From: Nodosilinea sp. BSH.14
GTDB lineage: Bacteria; Cyanobacteriota; Cyanobacteriia; Phormidesmidales; Phormidesmidaceae
Length of the DNA stretch: 32,000 bases
Assembly (NCBI GenBank): GCA_023264315.1
Contig: JALQST010000001.1
Coordinates: 1,544-33,543 of the forward strand
Direction: 5' to 3'
Positions 18,652-27,544 of this stretch are shown one piece after another. Position 1 is the first letter of the stretch. Each line of letters begins with the position of its first letter. Position numbers and translations under genes: made by a program. Below the pieces are notes generated by a model, which had not been told where the DNA came from, ran no database searches, and saw only the letters and a program-made list of their open reading frames with translations.

Positions 18652-18931
18652 AGGGCGACCAGGACGTAAGGATCACAGGGGAGTCAGCCGTGCCAGGGGG
18701 CAGCGTCAGCCAGATACCAACCCCTCACCACGGGATAGGGGCGACTGCTTCTACCTTATCAGGTGCCTTCCCCCTACGATCCCCACGGCCCCGCCGTTGG
18801 CTCGTCCTGGGGTTCGATTTAAGGTGTTGGTGTATGAACGGGATTAACGTACCCCCTGACTTCGGAATGAAGGGACTTCAGATTCAAGCTGTGTAGGGTT
18901 GGGAGACCGGAAAATCAGAGGATGGCGGGGA

Positions 18932-19609
18932 TTACCAGTCACCCGACATGACCGCGAGGGTTTCGCCAGCGACGGTCATTAGGGTGAGGGGAAGAGAGGG
19001 ACTTTGCTCTTGGCGCGGAAACTGCACCAGTTGCAGCCCCGATTCGGCAGGTTCCACGGTCATCACGTAGTGATCCTGCTGCCACTGCACCGCTAACAAG
19101 CGATGGTTCATCAGCCACACTTCGGCAAGGCTGCCCTGATTAATGTGTTCAGGCTGGTTATCCTCATAGCAATCCCAGGTCTGATCCACCACGGTCCACA
19201 AACCCGAGAGATATAGAGGATCCGTACGGGCACTGAGACCGTAGGTGGTGAAGGCAAAGATTTCGTGGTTCCACCAGTTCTTTGCCGCACTCAGCAGCGG
19301 TTCAGACTGCAACGCTGAGCCATACTGGGGCATGGTTTGCAGGTGTTTGTGTTGGGTTTGTGGGGAGGGGCGCTGCCAACCGGGCAAATCCAAGCACACC
19401 ACCACAGGTAGGCTGCCTGCCATCTCCCGGGGATCAGGGACTTGGGCCTGAGCCACCGCTGAGGGCATCCAGGGCAGGGGGGCAGATCGCAGAAGTGTTC
19501 CGGCCGCGCCCACCGTAGCTGCGGTTATTAAGGCGAGGGCAAAGAATCGATTTGCAGGCTGAAAAATAGTCATCGATTGTAGTGACTTAGAAAGTTTGTG
19601 ATTCATCAA
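18932..19609 (-). CDS. Hypothetical exported protein
   Basis: Signal-peptide-like N-terminus (RFFALALITAATVGAAGTLL...AVAQAQ). No family recognised. The start could be M13 (19573). Confidence 0.45.
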   Translation of the reverse strand: MMNHKLSKSLQSMTIFQPANRFFALALITAATVGAAGTLLRSAPLPWMPSAVAQAQVPDPREMAGSLPVVVCLDLPGWQRPSPQTQHKHLQTMPQYGSALQSEPLLSAAKNWWNHEIFAFTTYGLSARTDPLYLSGLWTVVDQTWDCYEDNQPEHINQGSLAEVWLMNHRLLAVQWQQDHYVMTVEPAESGLQLVQFPRQEQSPSLPLTLMTVAGETLAVMSGDW

Positions 19610-19613
19610 GGCG

Positions 19614-19638
19614 AAAACACCCCGTGATCGGTGTTTTT
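19614..19638. terminator. Bidirectional-looking hairpin with flanking A/T runs
   Basis: AAAACACC-ccgtgatc-GGTGTTTT(T). It reads as stem plus U-run on both strands and lies between queA and the exported-protein gene. Confidence 0.45.
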
Positions 19639-20086
19639 CAGCCCAGCACCTGGGGTGAGGAGATTACCCCAAGGCAAAACTGTATCCCAGGCAAGCCAAG
19701 ACCCCACAACTAAGGGCGTGGAACCGGACTATGGCCTATGAATAGTACGTTTGTAGCGTCTGGAACGACTGATATCGCGGCTGCAATTAGCCCCTAGGAG
19801 CCAGACGCTCATCGCAGACGATCTATACAAAACCAAAAAACGGGCTTGGTCTAGAGTCGGCTACCCATCGCTGATCTGGCTGGGCCTAGCCAGCACACTA
19901 CTAAGATAGCGGTTTCGGTTCCCAATTAACGGCCCCCCAGGGAAGTTTTTAGGAGTTTTTTAGATTTTTTCTGGCAGCGAAAAAATTCCCTTGAAAATGG
20001 GCTGATCTCCGCCTTTGAATTCAGCCACTGGATAGATTTGGGCCTGGATTCGGGTCAGGATCTTAGGCGTTGATTTAGGTCTCTAT

Positions 20087-21181
20087 TCAGAGAGCGATAC
20101 GAGCCTCGGGCAGAATCAGCATGGCATCCCCAAAGGAGTAGAACCGATAGGCGTCCTGAATGGCGGTGTCGTAGAGGCTGAGCAGCCGTTCCCGACCGAT
20201 CAATGCGCTGACCAGCATCATCAGGCTGGATCCGGGTAGGTGGAAGTTGGTAATCAGGCCGTCGATCACCTGGAACCGGTAGCCGGGATAGATATAGAGG
20301 TTGGTTTTGCCTTGGAGGGGCTCCAGCGATCCCCCTTGGGCGGATCCTTCCAGGGCACGAACGACGGTGGTGCCGACGGCAATCACCCGGCCGCCGTTGG
20401 CTTTGGTGGCCAGAATTTTCTCTACGGTGTCGGCGGGTAGGTCGATCCATTCGCCGTGCATTTTGTGCTCCAAAATGTTCTCGGCTTCCACGGGCCGAAA
20501 GGTGCCCACCCCCACATGGAGGGTCAACTGGGCGCGGGCGACCCCCCGCTGGTCTAGCCCCTCAAACACCTGGGGAGTAAAGTGTAGCCCTGCGGTGGGA
20601 GCGGCTACGGCTCCGGGAGCTTCGGCGTAAATGGTTTGGTACTGGTCGGGGGACGCGGTGGTGTCGGTGATGTAGGGGGGGAGGGGGACATGACCCAGCC
20701 GCTCGAACAGGGCATAGAGGGATTCCCCTCGGATTGGATTTTCGCCCAACTCGAACCGCAGCAGGCGTCCGTTGGTGTCGGCATCGGTTTCTAGGACGTG
20801 GGCGATGAGGTCGGGCTTTTCTGGGTTCTCGCCAAAGTGAATGATCGCCCCCGGCTTCAGACGGCGACCGGGTTTTACCAGAGCTAGCCATTGGTGATGG
20901 CCTTTTTCCTCCAGCAAAAAGACCTCGACCTTGGCCCCCTCTGGTTTGTACCCTAGCAGCCGAGCGGGAATCACCTGGGTATTGTTCACCACCAGCAGAT
21001 CCCCTGGCTGTAGCAGGTTGGGTAGATCATAGAAATGCTGATGGCGGTGACTGATATGCGTATCCACCACCAACAGCCGCGATGTATCCCTGGGGGTTGC
21101 GGGGGTTTGGGCGATGTGCTCCGGCGGCAGGTGGTATTGATAGGCGGCGAGGGAATAGTCCAGGGAATCTTGGTCGGGCAT
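20087..21181 (-). CDS. queA: S-adenosylmethionine:tRNA ribosyltransferase-isomerase
   Basis: [33 protein letters not shown]...[13 protein letters not shown]...[14 protein letters not shown] start it at MPDQDS (21181); the 57 extra residues of the track ORF (to 21352) are not QueA-like. Confidence 0.9.
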   Translation of the reverse strand: MPDQDSLDYSLAAYQYHLPPEHIAQTPATPRDTSRLLVVDTHISHRHQHFYDLPNLLQPGDLLVVNNTQVIPARLLGYKPEGAKVEVFLLEEKGHHQWLALVKPGRRLKPGAIIHFGENPEKPDLIAHVLETDADTNGRLLRFELGENPIRGESLYALFERLGHVPLPPYITDTTASPDQYQTIYAEAPGAVAAPTAGLHFTPQVFEGLDQRGVARAQLTLHVGVGTFRPVEAENILEHKMHGEWIDLPADTVEKILATKANGGRVIAVGTTVVRALEGSAQGGSLEPLQGKTNLYIYPGYRFQVIDGLITNFHLPGSSLMMLVSALIGRERLLSLYDTAIQDAYRFYSFGDAMLILPEARIAL

Positions 21182-21295
21182 GGGGTCAGAAAGGTTGGGT
21201 GGATACACCCAGGTGACGACGGGGGGAATGCCCCTAACGAAAAGCAGGGTCGGGCGCAACAATAGAAACTGTAGCACCTGGTCAAAGGTCATCCG

Positions 21296-21685
21296 ATGGA
21301 ATACACCTACTATCTCGCGAACGCTAGCCTGACTCTCCGAGTGGTCGAGCATTTGCTGGGCACTCCCAGGCTACCCCTCGAATTTATGACGGTGATCCAT
21401 CAGATCGACGGCTGGGTGATCCGCGTCAAAATGAACGACAGCATCCGCGCTGACGACTCCGAAGATTTCCGGGCCTACATGAACGAACTGGGGATCGCCT
21501 ACGATCCCGGCATCCGGGTTCGCATGGCCCTGTGGGGTCTGGAAACGGGCCAGTCTCCGGTGGATGTGATGCGCCGCTACCAGGTAGCCATCGTGTCCCA
21601 CGGTCGGCCCGACCGCGACGAAATTGAAGCCTTCCGCCGTCAGTTTGTGATGGGTCTAGGCTACTGCCCCGAAACCCTCGCCTAG
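21296..21685 (+). CDS. Hypothetical protein (alternative start ATG 21386)
   Basis: GC3-biased ORF. The core is [66 protein letters not shown]. No family recognised. Confidence 0.4.
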   Translation: MEYTYYLANASLTLRVVEHLLGTPRLPLEFMTVIHQIDGWVIRVKMNDSIRADDSEDFRAYMNELGIAYDPGIRVRMALWGLETGQSPVDVMRRYQVAIVSHGRPDRDEIEAFRRQFVMGLGYCPETLA

Positions 21686-21815
21686 GGCAGGGTGATCCCG
21701 ACATCACCATCTGGATTTAGACGCTTGACTTTAGACGATCTGGATTTAGTATCTCCGAATAAATCACTCCGAATTGACACGTTTGTCTGGTTCAACCATG
21801 ATGCAATCTCCGCAG

Positions 21816-21842
21816 AGGACGGTCTTAGGACTGTCCTTTTTT
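21816..21842 (+). terminator. Rho-independent terminator candidate
   Basis: AGGACGGTC-ttag-GACTGTCCT (one G-U pair) followed by TTTTT, about 130 nt after the 21685 stop. Confidence 0.55.
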
Positions 21843-21844
21843 GT

Positions 21845-21886
21845 GGGAATCAGTTTGTGGGGATTAGTTTATGGGTATCAGTTTGG
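21845..21886. repeat. Three imperfect tandem 14-mers
   Basis: gggaatcagtttgt / ggggattagtttat / gggtatcagtttgg read directly, immediately 3' of the truncated EamA ORF. Confidence 0.8.
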
Positions 21887-21900
21887 CTGTTCTGGCTCAC

Positions 21901-22263
21901 TTAACGATTGGTGAGAATTCCCCCTAAGATGACCAGGAGCCCCCCCAACAGCAGCGCGGGTGAGGGAATTTCGTTGAGCATCAGCGCGGCCAACAGAATC
22001 GCAAACACGGGCACCAGGTTGATGAACACCCCGGCCCTCGCTGGGCCAAGCTGGCGCAGACCGTCGTAGTACCAGCTAAATCCTACGGCGGATCCGAAGA
22101 TACCCAGGTAGAGGATCCTGACCCAGGCCGTCAGGCTGGCAGTGGGGATCACGGTGATCTGCCTAGGCAAGACCGAATGAAGGAGATAGTCGCTGGAGCG
22201 ATCCAGTGAAGCCCGCGCTGTACCGAAGGTCAGCGTCGGGAGAACGTCACGTAAATCATCCAC
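21901..22263 (-). pseudogene. Truncated EamA/DMT transporter (only the C-terminal EamA repeat is recognisable)
   Basis: WVRILYLGIFGSAVGFSWYYDGLRQLGPARAGVFINLVPVFAILLAALMLNEIPS...GGILTNR is a typical second EamA domain. The first about 45 residues are non-hydrophobic, and there is no room for the N-terminal EamA domain before the divergent ggt gene. Confidence 0.5.
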
Positions 22264-22411
22264 ACCTGAGCCCGTCGTCCCCCTGTGTGATCATCGTCGG
22301 TGCTGCGCCGAACGTGGCAACGGTGCCCCTAGGGAAATGCCTCTAGGGAAAATTGACATCGACGCCAAAAATTCGTTTGATGGGCACATTCTCTATCTTC
22401 CACTATTTGCC

Positions 22412-24013
22412 ATGGCCGCTGCTTCAGTTCAATCGGGTCGCGGGGTAATTTCGGCGGGGCATCCGCTGACGGCTGAATCTGGGGCGGCGATGCTGCGCCA
22501 AGGGGGTAATGCCTTTGATGCGGCGGTGGCGGCGGCGTTCACGGCCTGCATTACCGAGTCAATTTTGACGTCCCTGGCGGGGGGAGGCTTTTTGCTGGCC
22601 CACACCGCCGAGGGTGAAAACCGCCTGTTCGACTTCTTTTGCCAAACGCCCCGGTGCAAAGTTCCCGCCGATCAACTTCAGTTTTTCCCTATCCAGGCCA
22701 ACTTTGGCGACACGGTGCAGGAATTTCACATTGGCCTAGGATCCGTGGCGGTGCCGGGAACCTTGGCCGGATTGTTGACCGTACATGAACAACTGGGGCG
22801 CTTACCCCTCAAAACCGTGATGGCCCCCGCCCAGCACTGGGCCACCCAGGGAATCACCGTTAACGGATTCCAAGCCTACTGTTACCAGCTTTTGGCCAGC
22901 ATCCTCACGGCCACCCCCGCCGCCCGTGCCCTCTATGCCCCCCAGGGGACGCTGCTGAAGGAGGGGGATCGGTTTAGCCTGCCCGATTTCGCGGCGTTTT
23001 TGGATCAAATCGCCCAGGACGGAGCCGCCCTGATGTACCAAGGCTCTCTGGCAGATCAGATTATCCAGGCCAGCACCAGTCAGGGCGGCTACCTGAGAAT
23101 GGAGGATTTGCAGCAGTATCAGGTGATTGAGCGTCAGCCCTTGGCGATCCCCTACCGCGATGCCCTGCTGATCACCAACCCACCCCCCAGTTCTGGCGGC
23201 GCACTCATTGCCTTTGCGCTGGAACTCTTGGCCACCGCCGACCTCAGCGACCACGGCAGCCCCCGCCATGTGGGCATCCTGCGCGAAGTGATGCGCCTCA
23301 CCAACCTGGCCCGCCAGGACGGCTACGATGCCCATTTGTATCGGGCAGACGTTTTAGAGGAATTTCTCGGATCCCAGCACCTCGCGCCCTATCGCCAGCA
23401 GTTGATGGATGCCCTAGGATCCACCGCCTGCAACAAGTGGGGCAGCACCACCCACATCAGCGTCATCGATGGTGAGGGCAACGCCGTCAGCATGACCACT
23501 TCCAACGGCGAAGGTTCGGCCTACGTGATCCCCGGCACTGGGGTGATGCTGAACAACATGCTAGGGGAAGAAGACCTCAACCCCAATGGTTTCCACCAGT
23601 GGCAGCCCAACCAGCGCATTTCGTCGATGATGGCCCCCACCATGGTTCTAGAACAGGGTAAGCCTCGGCTGGTGCTGGGCTCGGGCGGGTCAAACCGGAT
23701 TCGCACCGCCATTTTGCAGGTGGTGTCCAACGTGCTGGATTTTGGCATGGACATCGAGGCCGCTGTGACTGCCCCCCGCATCCACTGGGAGCGGGGATCG
23801 TTTCACCTAGAACCGGGCTATGACCGCGAGATCCTGACCCAGCAGGGGATTGGGGTCGAAGACGACTGTACCTGGTGGCAATCGCCCAATATGTTCTTTG
23901 GCGGCGTCCATGCCGTAGGTCGTTCTGAAGACGGGACGTTCTCCGGCATTGGCGATGCCCGCCGCAGTGGGGCCTGTGTGGTTGTGAACGAAGTCCGTGG
24001 ATCAAGGCTCTGA
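22412..24013 (+). CDS. ggt: Gamma-glutamyltransferase family protein
   Basis: [30 protein letters not shown]..., autoprocessing/nucleophile context [23 protein letters not shown], and GGSNRI. The start is set at MAAASVQ (22412) rather than the track start 22337. Confidence 0.9.
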   Translation: MAAASVQSGRGVISAGHPLTAESGAAMLRQGGNAFDAAVAAAFTACITESILTSLAGGGFLLAHTAEGENRLFDFFCQTPRCKVPADQLQFFPIQANFGDTVQEFHIGLGSVAVPGTLAGLLTVHEQLGRLPLKTVMAPAQHWATQGITVNGFQAYCYQLLASILTATPAARALYAPQGTLLKEGDRFSLPDFAAFLDQIAQDGAALMYQGSLADQIIQASTSQGGYLRMEDLQQYQVIERQPLAIPYRDALLITNPPPSSGGALIAFALELLATADLSDHGSPRHVGILREVMRLTNLARQDGYDAHLYRADVLEEFLGSQHLAPYRQQLMDALGSTACNKWGSTTHISVIDGEGNAVSMTTSNGEGSAYVIPGTGVMLNNMLGEEDLNPNGFHQWQPNQRISSMMAPTMVLEQGKPRLVLGSGGSNRIRTAILQVVSNVLDFGMDIEAAVTAPRIHWERGSFHLEPGYDREILTQQGIGVEDDCTWWQSPNMFFGGVHAVGRSEDGTFSGIGDARRSGACVVVNEVRGSRL

Positions 24014-24706
24014 TGCGGCTGAGGCTGGGCCATCCTGCTGCTGTTTAACCAAATCCAGCCCCCAGGACGTACCGATGCGGGTGGCTCCGGCTTGGACGAG
24101 GGCGAGGGCTTGCTCGGCGGTGCGGATGCCCCCGGAGGCTTTGACCCCGACGCGGCCCTGGGCCATTTCTGCCAACTGACGCACAGCCGCCACCGTGGCT
24201 CCCCCCTGCCATCCGGTGCTAGTTTTGAGGAAAGCTACCCCCGCATCCATGCAGATTTCGGCGGCTAGGGAAATTTCCGATGGGGTCAGTACCGCCGTTT
24301 CCAGGATGGCCTTCACCGGTTGCCCGGTTTCTTCGCAGATGGTGGCGATTTCTTTGTGGATGGCGTCGTGTTGCCCGGATTTCAACCAGCCGAGGTTAAT
24401 CACCACATCCAACTCCGTCGCGCCGTTTTCCACGGCTTCCTGGGCTTCATAAAGCTTGGTGGCCGCCGTGGTCGCCCCCGTGGGAAAGCCAATCACCGTA
24501 CAAATCTGCACCGGGCGCTGGTGCAGCCGTTCCCTCGCCTGCCGCACGTAGGCCGGAGCAATGCAGACAGCCGCAAACCCAAAGCGGTCGGCCTCGTCGC
24601 ACCACTGGGCGATTTGGTCGGGGGTGGCGGTGGGCACCAGCAGCGTATGGTCAATCAGGGGGGCTAGGTCGATGGTTTCTGCGGTAGAAAAGAGTCCTTG
24701 AACCAT
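24002..24706 (-). CDS. deoC: Deoxyribose-phosphate aldolase
   Basis: [42 protein letters not shown], Schiff-base Lys context FLKTSTG, and [10 protein letters not shown]. Its 3' end overlaps ggt by 12 nt (convergent). Confidence 0.9.
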   Translation of the reverse strand: MVQGLFSTAETIDLAPLIDHTLLVPTATPDQIAQWCDEADRFGFAAVCIAPAYVRQARERLHQRPVQICTVIGFPTGATTAATKLYEAQEAVENGATELDVVINLGWLKSGQHDAIHKEIATICEETGQPVKAILETAVLTPSEISLAAEICMDAGVAFLKTSTGWQGGATVAAVRQLAEMAQGRVGVKASGGIRTAEQALALVQAGATRIGTSWGLDLVKQQQDGPASAASEP

Positions 24707-24734
24707 GGGGATGTCTCCGTGGGGTGATACGCGC

Positions 24735-24900
24735 CTACTTGGGTGATCCTACACGGACACGGAGAGCCGCCCATGGACATCGTGCAGGCTGCGACTGAAT
24801 TATGTTAAAGGTCAATGCTGCGATATTTCTTGGCGAGTTTGCGAAGGCTTCGGTTAAAGGTGGGTGAGGCTTCAACTTAAATTCTGGGCTGGTCAGTCAT
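24735..24900 (-). pseudogene. Decayed RelE/ParE-family toxin gene
   Basis: Hand translation from an ATG overlapping the upstream ORF's stop (ATGACTGA) gives MTDQPRI*VEASPTFNRSLRKLAKKYRSIDL*, with two in-frame TAA codons. A shifted frame then gives ...[24 protein letters not shown]. The pattern ..F.R.LRKLAKKYRSI..DL...I..L then ...RVRVG matches the cyanobacterial RelE/ParE toxins I recall. The gene is truncated just before the deoC start. Confidence 0.45.
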
Positions 24901-25132
24901 TTTCTAGACCTTCCCATAGTTGTGAGACAGAAATGGTTTGGCCTATCATGGCTTCGTGCCAAGCTTGCTTGAAGTCTTCCAATAGGTCTGCTTGCGAAGG
25001 TTCGTCATCATCGGTTGTCTCTGGAATTAAGACAATAACCTCTACACGACTATTTTTGTCGAGAACGAGAGATTGATCTAAGGTAAGCTGTCCTTGCTCA
25101 TCAATCGCTCCCATGACTTTTAGTGCTTTCAT
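24893..25132 (-). CDS. Small antitoxin-like protein (orphaned partner of the decayed toxin)
   Basis: MKALKVMGAIDEQGQLTLDQSLVLDKNSRVEVIVLIPETTDDDEPSQADLLEDFKQAWHEAMIGQTISVSQLWEGLEND. The N-terminal beta-rich segment (..IDEQGxLxLDQ.L......V.VIVL), acidic linker and ..ELW tail follow the layout of small cyanobacterial antitoxins. Its stop overlaps the toxin-remnant start. Confidence 0.5.
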   Translation of the reverse strand: MKALKVMGAIDEQGQLTLDQSLVLDKNSRVEVIVLIPETTDDDEPSQADLLEDFKQAWHEAMIGQTISVSQLWEGLEND

Positions 25133-25276
25133 ATTTAATCCACTATGGTTTTAGTCGTTGCTTTCAACCAGAATCCAAGTCAGTTTTAGCTGTTCGATAA
25201 TTGAGCGGTGATGAATAGATGGAAGAAAACCAGATAGGTCACATGAATTTCTAGGTATCATTGATACTTGTCTAAG

Positions 25277-26077
25277 TTATTCTTCAGATTGAGACATCAA
25301 CCTGATTTCCTCGTCAGTTATGTCGTTTCTGCCAACTAACCTGTAATGGCGCTCATCAACGACTGATAGATGAAAAATATCATCACTTTCTTCAACTTCT
25401 AGCGCTAAAATAGCTACCTCATGTTCAGATAGAAATTGTAATGCAATGGGTTTGCAAATTGCATTCGGATAGCGATGCTTGCAAAACTCTACGTCTTGCA
25501 TGACTTGCACTATACCAAATCTATCTCCTGGAGATTTGGCCTGACAAGGTATAACAAAGTGTGAGCCTCTTTTGTTGACACCGAGATACACTTCATCAAT
25601 TTCAATTTGGCCAATATTTTTGATGGTTGTTCTAAGGTGGTTCTGAATAGAGTAACAAGTTAATCCAGTAAAAATATCAATAAGTCGGTTATAGCGGACT
25701 TTTGTAAGGAGTGCTTGTTCATCCGTCCCCGGAGCATACCTCCTAACGATTTCAGGTGTGGCGTCTGGAATTTTTATTTTTTGTCGGTTAGTGGTGGGTG
25801 CAATTTTACCAGGTGATGCCAACCTAAACTCATAGGTACTAATTCCTGTTCCTACTATGATCCATTCATAGCCAGACTCACATGTCATTTTGATTGACTC
25901 AGGCAATTCTCTGCGAAATCTGTATGAGTATGGAATGTCGCCAAGGTTTTTAATGCGTGAAATACCCAGATCATCACACGCCTGTGCCAATTCATCACGA
26001 TCAAAGGGAACCTTGATGTTGCCATCAACATAGTTCTTGATAAAAACTCTTTCGATAATATGGTCGTACTTGCTCAT
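25277..26077 (-). CDS. Candidate Type II restriction endonuclease (family not recognised)
   Basis: It starts 1 nt after the C5-MTase stop (TAG-c-ATG on the minus strand). A PD-(D/E)XK-like arrangement IEID161EVYLGVNKRGSHFVIPCQ179AK181 lies in the C-terminal half. The N-terminal about 90 aa could be a DNA-recognition module. Confidence 0.55.
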   Translation of the reverse strand: MSKYDHIIERVFIKNYVDGNIKVPFDRDELAQACDDLGISRIKNLGDIPYSYRFRRELPESIKMTCESGYEWIIVGTGISTYEFRLASPGKIAPTTNRQKIKIPDATPEIVRRYAPGTDEQALLTKVRYNRLIDIFTGLTCYSIQNHLRTTIKNIGQIEIDEVYLGVNKRGSHFVIPCQAKSPGDRFGIVQVMQDVEFCKHRYPNAICKPIALQFLSEHEVAILALEVEESDDIFHLSVVDERHYRLVGRNDITDEEIRLMSQSEE

Positions 26078-26078
26078 G

Positions 26079-27410
26079 CTACACTCTCGCCAGTCGTTTT
26101 CTCTTGGGAATTACATCATCTGGAATATTCCAGTATTTTGATGATTGACCCATATTGAAGCGCAATAACTCTTCATCCTGCTGATTTAATGTGTAGGCTT
26201 CAAAGTCTATCTCATCTAAATCCATAGCCTTGATAACTTGCCTCCCTAAAGATTTAGACAGAAATGGAATGACTGAATTTCCAATTTCTCTAAATCCGTG
26301 CCAAATCGTGTTATGGAAACGAAACCAGTCAGGAAAGGTATGTAATCGTGCGGCTTCTCGTACAGTAATACACCGAGGTTCGGAGTAGTGTATTGGTCTG
26401 GGTGCAGTGTATGCGCCTTTGTCGCTAGCTGTTCCAGCCCTTAAGGTATTACATTGGCCATTAATTGCTAGTTTAAAGAATCTACTTGTTCTTTCTACGC
26501 TGCCTGGATTAGTTGCCCTAAATTTCTCAATCGATGTTTGGGTATGCTTAGAACCAATGTGGCCATAAACCTTGTTTGAGACTAATCTCCTATGACACAG
26601 TGAATATTCAGCGTTTGGCTGGATCGAAAAATTATGCCTTAATCCTGAATAGTCTAATTTCGATGTATCTATGCCATTATCACCTTTAGTAAAGGCACTA
26701 TGTTTTGCTAAATCATGGATAGCTTCTCCGCAGGTTGACAGCGGCAATAAGCCTATATTGCACAATAGCCCTGCTGAATCAATATCTGCATGAGTGGGTA
26801 AAGGATACCTGGCCTTATTAACATCTAGCCGCGAGCCTAAAAGAATTAGTCTTTTCCTTGTTTGCGGTGCTCCATACAGAGAGGCATCCAGAACAGATAT
26901 GGGTTTATCAATAACATATCCAACACTTTCAAGCTCAGAAATCAATTCGTCTAAGAATCGTCTATGTCTCCCTGATGCCATGCCAGGAACATTTTCAAAG
27001 ATAAAATATTTTGGCTTTATTTCCTTGATCATCCGAACATACTCGAATACCAATACATTTCTAGGATCTCCAAGTTGTCGCTTGCCGATGGAAGAAAAAC
27101 CTTGGCAGGGCGGTCCACCTGCAATCAGATCTATTTCACAGGAAAATTCGTTGTGTTCTATGGCGTTGAGAAGTTCTTGTGAAGTGAGTTGAGAAATATC
27201 TTTGCAAATCGTCGCACTATAAGGAAAGTTAAAATGATGGACTAGGGCATGAATGGCATCAAACTCCACAGCCGCAGCAATATCAAAGCCCGCTGCTTCT
27301 AAGCCGAGAGACATTCCGCCACATCCGGAGAAAAGGTCTATAGCTACGGGTCTTTTCATCGTCTGAATACGTCTTTTTTCCGTATAGATAGGTTTGCAGG
27401 CTGGAATCAT
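26079..27410 (-). CDS. DNA (cytosine-5)-methyltransferase
   Basis: Motif I AIDLFSGCGG, motif IV GGPPCQGFS, motif VI FENVPG, motif VIII QTRKRLIL, motif IX TVREAARLHTFPD and motif X EIGNSV, with a variable target-recognition region between VIII and IX. The likely true start is MKRPVAIDLF (about 27359), 17 codons inside the track ORF. Confidence 0.92.
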   Translation of the reverse strand: MIPACKPIYTEKRRIQTMKRPVAIDLFSGCGGMSLGLEAAGFDIAAAVEFDAIHALVHHFNFPYSATICKDISQLTSQELLNAIEHNEFSCEIDLIAGGPPCQGFSSIGKRQLGDPRNVLVFEYVRMIKEIKPKYFIFENVPGMASGRHRRFLDELISELESVGYVIDKPISVLDASLYGAPQTRKRLILLGSRLDVNKARYPLPTHADIDSAGLLCNIGLLPLSTCGEAIHDLAKHSAFTKGDNGIDTSKLDYSGLRHNFSIQPNAEYSLCHRRLVSNKVYGHIGSKHTQTSIEKFRATNPGSVERTSRFFKLAINGQCNTLRAGTASDKGAYTAPRPIHYSEPRCITVREAARLHTFPDWFRFHNTIWHGFREIGNSVIPFLSKSLGRQVIKAMDLDEIDFEAYTLNQQDEELLRFNMGQSSKYWNIPDDVIPKRKRLARV

Positions 27411-27544
27411 AGCGGGTTTCAGTGGAATGCGGTATAGACAAGGGGCTTAAGCCTCTTGTTCACAGGACTGGATTTGCTTAGGTATACCTCATTTATTAGA
27501 GAACTGCTATATCTACGTTCTGAATCAATGCAAAATATGGCAAA

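Noticed and set aside
16879-18669. 272-aa, 155-aa and 184-aa plus-strand ORFs overlapping the flavodiiron gene
   Set aside because: They lie antisense to a well-supported 570-aa gene and have Gly/Arg-rich, non-protein-like composition.
27295-27305. Apparent extra T at the 27300/27301 line break, which would frameshift the C5-MTase when I hand-translated (GGCTTAAGAAGC versus the expected GGCTTAGAAGC)
   Set aside because: The supplied ORF track reports an uninterrupted 443-aa frame (26079-27410) computed from the same sequence. I therefore treat this as my own character-level reading error, not a real frameshift. Re-translating this segment computationally would settle it.
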